In this document: piece after piece, positions 34,513 to 38,764 of the stretch
Layout: each line of letters begins with the position of its first letter
Position numbering within the stretch: position 1 is the stretch's first letter
Sequence record: GQ478081.1
Length of the DNA: 38,764 nucleotides
DNA from: Enterococcus phage phiFL1A
Reading direction: 5' to 3' (one strand)
The notes under the pieces: generated by a model
The model's input: only the letters and a program-made list of their open reading frames with translations
What the model was told of the DNA's origin: nothing
Databases searched by the model: none
Translations under genes and position numbers: made by a program

Positions 34513-35981
34513 GCGATTTATTAAGATTTGATCTTTCAAAAAATTCTATCGGGCGACCAATTGTTTTTGGTCGAGTCGGAGACGGAGAAAGTTTTTCAAT
34601 GAGGGTTCAGATATTTAAAGATGGAGCTCCCTTCGATTTGACTGGCTGGGTAGCTACTTTTGAAGGAGTAACCCATGAAGAAAGAACAAAAGTTTTTGAT
34701 TCAGATGGAATAGAGGTAACAAATGGAAAAAATGGTGAATTTACCTATACTTTTCCAAATATGGCATTTGCTGTGGCTGGTTCATATGAACTAGCATATT
34801 TTTCTTTCATGAAGGATGATAGGAGAGAATCTACTGATGATTTTGAGATTACGGTGTACGGGAATGCTGACATTGATGCAGAAGAAGCAAAAACTATAAT
34901 TACTGAATACAACAAATTAGTTAAAGCTTTAAATGAAGCTTATCAATCTGCATTAGAAAAAATAGATACTGATTACGATGCAGTTGTTAAGCGAATTGAA
35001 ACAATAAAAACAGAGATGAATACATTACAAACGCAAATTGATAAAACAGTAAGTGATGCAGAAGGCCGTATTTCAAAGGTGGCTACAGATAGTGAAAACA
35101 AGATTAATCAGGCAGGAAAAACTGTAGAGACAAATATTACAGCAATTGGAAAAACAGTTACTGATGCTATGAATGCAGCATTAGAAGAATTGCGAGCAGC
35201 AGACTTTTATACACGAACAGAATCAGATTCTCGTTATGTAAGTAAAACAGAGATGGAGAACGGATCATTAGTTGCTAAAAAAACTGTGATTAAGGCGCAG
35301 GACTGGGATGAAATTTTAGACAAAGGAATTTACACCGTCTTCGGTGCTTCTGGCGCAAACCGGCCTTATTCGGGTGCAGTTTATGGTGCTTTAGTTGTAT
35401 ATGCAGATAATACATTCATCAATCAAACTTATATTTATAAAGGCGAAACGTATATTAGGAGTAGACAAGGTAGTCCTGCTACTTGGACAACTTGGAACAA
35501 AATGATTGTTGATAATGGACAGTTTGACAAATTTGTATATAAACAATCAGGTTCTCCAGATACAAATGTGGTAAGTCAACTTGAAGTAACGTGTATAAGG
35601 ATTGGAAATGTTGTTACATGTCATATGCGTGTGAATGTGACAAAAGTTGATGTTGAACCGAAAAATAATGTCTTGTTACAAATTCCAGAAGGATTCAGGG
35701 CTACTTATAACACTGGTGGTGAAGATATAGGGGCAATCTGGAATATCCCATTTACCGTTAACTCAACTGCCCCACCTAGTGGCCAAAAAATAGTGAAAAT
35801 GCATCTTGAACCAGGCAACGGGCTTTACCCAAATCGAGTGACCTTGATGTCAGGACAAACAGGGAATCAATATGCAACTTGTACATGGACGACGGATGAT
35901 CCATATCCAAAAATAGGAAAAGTTGGACTTGGTACTGTAGTTAAACTAACTGCTAAGAGTGATGGTTCACTTACTTTGTAA
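34509..35981 (+). CDS. receptor-binding / baseplate upper protein (BppU-N-like)
   Basis: N-terminal BppU-like Ig domain (FDLTGWVATFEGV...). Central repetitive coiled-coil stalk. Distinct C-terminal head domain. Confidence 0.65.
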   Translation: MSDLLRFDLSKNSIGRPIVFGRVGDGESFSMRVQIFKDGAPFDLTGWVATFEGVTHEERTKVFDSDGIEVTNGKNGEFTYTFPNMAFAVAGSYELAYFSFMKDDRRESTDDFEITVYGNADIDAEEAKTIITEYNKLVKALNEAYQSALEKIDTDYDAVVKRIETIKTEMNTLQTQIDKTVSDAEGRISKVATDSENKINQAGKTVETNITAIGKTVTDAMNAALEELRAADFYTRTESDSRYVSKTEMENGSLVAKKTVIKAQDWDEILDKGIYTVFGASGANRPYSGAVYGALVVYADNTFINQTYIYKGETYIRSRQGSPATWTTWNKMIVDNGQFDKFVYKQSGSPDTNVVSQLEVTCIRIGNVVTCHMRVNVTKVDVEPKNNVLLQIPEGFRATYNTGGEDIGAIWNIPFTVNSTAPPSGQKIVKMHLEPGNGLYPNRVTLMSGQTGNQYATCTWTTDDPYPKIGKVGLGTVVKLTAKSDGSLTL

Positions 35982-36008
35982 TATTTATATAGAGAGAAGG
36001 AAATTTAT

Positions 36009-36263
36009 GTGAAAGATGAGCTTGTTCAGGATATGGTCGAGCGCCTTGTACGCATCGAAACAAAGCTAGATAACTACGAATTGTTAAGGGAAAAAACAGA
36101 AGATGCTAAAGAAAAGGCTGATTATGCTTTTTCTATTGCTAAAAATAATGTAGAAGACATCAAAGAAATAAAAGAAAATCAAAAATGGACTTGGCGGACA
36201 ATTGCTGGCATAGGAGTGTCAGTAGTTGTCTATTTATTTACAAAATATTTAGGAGGTGTGTAA
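36009..36263 (+). CDS. XhlA-like lysis-associated membrane protein
   Basis: GTG 7 nt after GAAGGA. N-terminal coiled coil. C-terminal ...NQKWTWRTIAGIGVSVVVYLF TM segment as in the PBSX XhlA family. Confidence 0.5.
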   Translation: MKDELVQDMVERLVRIETKLDNYELLREKTEDAKEKADYAFSIAKNNVEDIKEIKENQKWTWRTIAGIGVSVVVYLFTKYLGGV

Positions 36264-36265
36264 GG

Positions 36266-36472
36266 ATGATACTACCAGACAAGTATTACAAAATTATCAA
36301 ATGGGGAGTACTTACGGTGCTTCCTGCGGGATCTGTTTTAGTAGCTACGTTAGGTAAAGCTTATGGGTGGCAACAAACAGATACGGCAGTGTTGACTATT
36401 AACGCTTTATCAGCATTTTTAGGAGTTGTAACAGGCGTGTCAGCATATAACTTAAAAGACAAGGAGAAATAA
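36266..36472 (+). CDS. holin (phi LC3-family-like)
   Basis: 68 aa. RBS AGGAGG. Two TM segments ([19 protein letters not shown]... ; [14 protein letters not shown]). Charged C-terminus. Directly upstream of the endolysin. Confidence 0.7.
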   Translation: MILPDKYYKIIKWGVLTVLPAGSVLVATLGKAYGWQQTDTAVLTINALSAFLGVVTGVSAYNLKDKEK

Positions 36473-36474
36473 AA

Positions 36475-37776
36475 ATGAAAAAGAAAATTTTAGTAGGAGC
36501 GCTAGTCGCTCTATTTTTTATGCCTTTGAATGTATTTGCTGCAAAAGGTGACCAAGGTGTGGATTGGGCGATTTATCAAGGTGACCAAGGTCGCTTTGGT
36601 TATGCACATGATAAATTCGCTATCGCTCAAATTGGCGGCTACAATGCTAGTGGTATTTATGAACAATACACATACAAAACGCAAGTAGCAAGTGCCATTG
36701 CTCAAGGAAAACGAGCGCATACCTATATTTGGTATGACACTTGGGGAAACATGGACATTGCGAAAACAACAATGGATTACTTTTTGCCACGTATTCAAAC
36801 GCCTAAAAATTCCATCGTTGCATTAGATTTTGAACATGGAGCGTTGGCTAGTGTTCCAGATGGATATGGAGGATATGTAAGTTCAGATGCCGAAAAAGCA
36901 GCAAATACAGAGACAATTTTGTACGGTATGCGCAGAATAAAACAGGCTGGCTATACTCCAATGTATTACAGCTATAAGCCATTTACACTAAATCATGTAA
37001 ACTATCAACAAATCATCAAAGAGTTTCCTAACTCTTTATGGATTGCTGCGTATCCTATCGATGGTGTGTCACCATATCCATTGTATGCTTATTTCCCAAG
37101 CATGGATGGTATCGCAATTTGGCAATTTACCTCCACTTATATTGCTGGTGGGTTAGATGGGAATGTTGATTTAACAGGTATTACTGATAATGGCTACACA
37201 GATACAGATAAGCCAGAGACGGACACACCAGCAACAGATGCAGGTAAAGAAACTGAAGATACGCCTAATACTGCAGTAAAAGTCGGTGACACAGTTAAAG
37301 TGAAATTTAATGTTGATGCTTGGGCAACTGGCGAAGCTATTCCAGATTGGGTAAAAGGAAACAGCTACAAAGTGCAAGAAGTAACTGGAAGTAGAGTATT
37401 GCTAGAAGGCATTTTGTCGTGGATTAGCAAAGGGGATATTGAACTATTGCCAGATGCAACAGTCGTCCCTGATAAGCAACCAGAAGCAACTCATGTGGTA
37501 CAATACGGTGAAACGTTATCCAGCATTGCTTATCAATATGGAACAGACTATCAAGCGTTGGCGGCATTAAATGGATTGACAAATCCAAATCTAATCTATC
37601 CTGGTCAAGTTTTGAAAGTTAACGGATCAGCAGTAAGCAATGTTTACACGGTTCAATACGGCGACAATTTATCAAGTATTGCAACCAAACTAGGCACGAC
37701 ATACCAAGCTCTAGCGCAACGGAACGGATTAGCAAATCCTAACTTAATTTATCCAGGGCAAACATTGAACTATTGA
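36475..37776 (+). CDS. endolysin: Sec signal peptide + GH25 muramidase + 2x LysM
   Basis: N-terminus [24 protein letters not shown] is a signal peptide. GH25-like region (GVDWAIYQG..., AHTYIWY). Two C-terminal LysM repeats ([25 protein letters not shown]...; [25 protein letters not shown]...). Confidence 0.85.
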   Translation: MKKKILVGALVALFFMPLNVFAAKGDQGVDWAIYQGDQGRFGYAHDKFAIAQIGGYNASGIYEQYTYKTQVASAIAQGKRAHTYIWYDTWGNMDIAKTTMDYFLPRIQTPKNSIVALDFEHGALASVPDGYGGYVSSDAEKAANTETILYGMRRIKQAGYTPMYYSYKPFTLNHVNYQQIIKEFPNSLWIAAYPIDGVSPYPLYAYFPSMDGIAIWQFTSTYIAGGLDGNVDLTGITDNGYTDTDKPETDTPATDAGKETEDTPNTAVKVGDTVKVKFNVDAWATGEAIPDWVKGNSYKVQEVTGSRVLLEGILSWISKGDIELLPDATVVPDKQPEATHVVQYGETLSSIAYQYGTDYQALAALNGLTNPNLIYPGQVLKVNGSAVSNVYTVQYGDNLSSIATKLGTTYQALAQRNGLANPNLIYPGQTLNY

Positions 37777-37819
37777 TAGTTTTGATATAAAATAAGAATA
37801 CACTTATTAAATTTCTCTG

Positions 37820-37846
37820 GAGCCACCTCCCCAAGGTGGCTCTTTT
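37820..37846 (+). terminator. rho-independent terminator after the endolysin
   Basis: 9-bp stem GAGCCACCT/AGGTGGCTC, loop CCCCA, then TTTTC. Confidence 0.6.
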
Positions 37847-37848
37847 CG

Positions 37849-37922
37849 GGACCATTAGCTCAGTTGGTTAGAGCCAACCGCTCATAACGGTTAGGTCATA
37901 GGTTCGAGTCCTGTATGGTCCA
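37849..37922 (+). tRNA. tRNA with CAT anticodon (tRNA-Ile2(LAU)-like acceptor stem; alternatively elongator Met)
   Basis: Hand-folded cloverleaf. Acceptor GGACCAT/ATGGTCC with C4:G69 and C5:G68, D-arm GCTC-AGTTGGTTA-GAGC, anticodon loop CTCATAA, T-loop TTCGAGT, discriminator A. Anticodon stem lacks the three G-C pairs of an initiator. Confidence 0.85.
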
Positions 37923-37923
37923 T

Positions 37924-37951
37924 AAAAAAATCCAACCTTTTTAGGTTGGAT
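37924..37951 (-). terminator. rho-independent terminator for the minus-strand flanking genes
   Basis: 8-bp stem ATCCAACC/GGTTGGAT, loop TTTTTA. U-run on the minus strand (A-run at 37924-37929 on the plus strand). Confidence 0.5.
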
Positions 37952-37962
37952 TAAAAATACAA

Positions 37963-38115
37963 CTATTTGAAAACGACGAAACGAAATACTATATCTAAGA
38001 TTAATATTGAAAGTACTATCCACAGTGCAATTCGTTTTTGAATTGGTTTTCTATCGTGGAAAATGCATCTAATTTGCTCTTTTCTTTTTGTTATTCTATG
38101 TTTTATTTTAGTCAT
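37963..38115 (-). CDS. small membrane protein (50 aa)
   Basis: ATG (complement of 38113-38115) 7 nt after AGGAG. MTKIKHRITKRKEQ...IALWIVLSILILDIVFRFVVFK: basic N-terminus plus one TM. The 85-aa track ORF is probably over-extended. Confidence 0.35.
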   Translation of the reverse strand: MTKIKHRITKRKEQIRCIFHDRKPIQKRIALWIVLSILILDIVFRFVVFK

Positions 38116-38125
38116 TGTAATACTC

Positions 38126-38497
38126 CTATTTTTTTGAAGTAAATGTGTTTCCGCAATTTTTACAGTGCCATTGATTTTTCCCTTTTTTTCCAGCGAATCC
38201 AGCCAATGTACCCACGCCACCTGTTAAAATCGCACCACCTGTAGCTTTACCTACAGAAAAACTTTTACGGTTATTTTGCATAAATTCTACATTCATACTA
38301 CGACATTTAGGACAGTGAACCCCGTTATGAAACATAGGTGCTTTCTTATCCTGTTCTTTATTGGTTGTTTTTTTTCTTTCTTCAGCTTTTTTGATTCTTT
38401 CTTGATCATTTTTCCATTCTTGGAATGAATCAATACCTTTCTCAGTAGCTTGTTTACTAACATCTAATGCTTTTTTTCCAACTTCTTTCCAATCCAT
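38126..38497 (-). CDS. zinc-ribbon protein with Gly-rich segment (123 aa)
   Basis: ATG (MDWKEV...) 8 nt after AGGAG. CPKC...CKNCG zinc-ribbon pairs. GGAILTGGVGTLAGFAG Gly-rich hydrophobic stretch. Could be prophage cargo or a flanking host gene. Confidence 0.5.
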   Translation of the reverse strand: MDWKEVGKKALDVSKQATEKGIDSFQEWKNDQERIKKAEERKKTTNKEQDKKAPMFHNGVHCPKCRSMNVEFMQNNRKSFSVGKATGGAILTGGVGTLAGFAGKKGKNQWHCKNCGNTFTSKK

Positions 38498-38764
38498 AAT
38501 ATACACTCCTGCTTATTAATTTAAGTCAATTTTATCACTTAATAAAGATTTTACAAAGGAAAATATTAAATATATAAAATGACCATACTTTGACCATACC
38601 TATCAGGAAAAATAAGAGGAAGTAAAAAGAACAGAATTAATATAAGTGTTGAAACTAAAATCAGGACGATGTAAAAGCTCTACTTATCAATCAAGGAAGT
38701 AGATTTTTTTATTTGCACTAAGTCACATCATCCATCTGGTTAATATTTATTAGTGCAAATAAAA

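Noticed and set aside
37849-37922. CAT-anticodon tRNA as an initiator tRNA-fMet
   Set aside because: The anticodon stem (AACCG/CGGTT) lacks the three consecutive G-C pairs and the 1:72 mismatch typical of bacterial initiators. The acceptor stem instead resembles Ile2/elongator Met.
1-38764. CRISPR arrays, rRNA genes, IS/transposase genes
   Set aside because: No regularly spaced direct repeats with unique spacers. No transposase-like ORF or terminal inverted repeats bounding a coding unit. No rRNA-like sequence.

Overview
This window is almost entirely one temperate siphovirus-type prophage of about 38 kb, from a low-GC Firmicutes host (about 35% GC, Enterococcus/Listeria-like gene content: ArpU, XhlA, phi-LC3-type holin, LysM endolysin). 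The gene order is classical. (1) A lysogeny module lies on the minus strand: large serine recombinase (1..1368), ImmA-type metallopeptidase, XRE/CI-like repressor. (2) An immunity switch with back-to-back promoters and inverted-repeat operators follows. (3) The early region lies on the plus strand: Cro-like HTH, Rha antirepressor, many small ORFs, YqaJ exonuclease with RecT, a DnaD-type replication initiator carrying internal iterons, MazG, RusA, a small methyltransferase-like protein, YopX, and more small ORFs. Two independently transcribed minus-strand insert genes (VapD/Cas2-like and KTSC-domain) sit in this region and share a conserved structured leader. (4) Next come the ArpU-family late regulator, tRNA-Asn(GTT), an insulated moron cassette (membrane proteins with their own promoter and terminators) and a 240-aa protein with a HEPN-like Rx6H motif. 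(5) The morphogenesis block runs TerS, TerL, portal, MuF/gp7-like head morphogenesis protein, scaffold, major capsid, connector/closure/gp10-like/terminator, major tail, chaperone G/GT with a -1 slip site, tape measure, Dit, Tal, RBP. (6) The lysis module is XhlA-like, holin, and a signal-peptide GH25-LysM endolysin. (7) A tRNA with CAT anticodon (Ile2-like acceptor stem) and two minus-strand flanking genes close the window. The most interesting observation is that both the major capsid protein and the major tail protein end in long poly-threonine tails with the same terminus (TTTTTTTQ). A GT-A/DxD glycosyltransferase-like gene sits between the major tail gene and the tail chaperones, translationally coupled to the major tail gene. 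Together these look like a candidate virion O-glycosylation system. Other notable signals: Prp-type (L27-like) cleavage motifs on scaffold and capsid with no prohead protease gene; a 33-bp perfect palindromic repeat present twice; and candidate structured ncRNAs with minus-strand terminators in two intergenic gaps. No CRISPR array, rRNA or IS element is visible.
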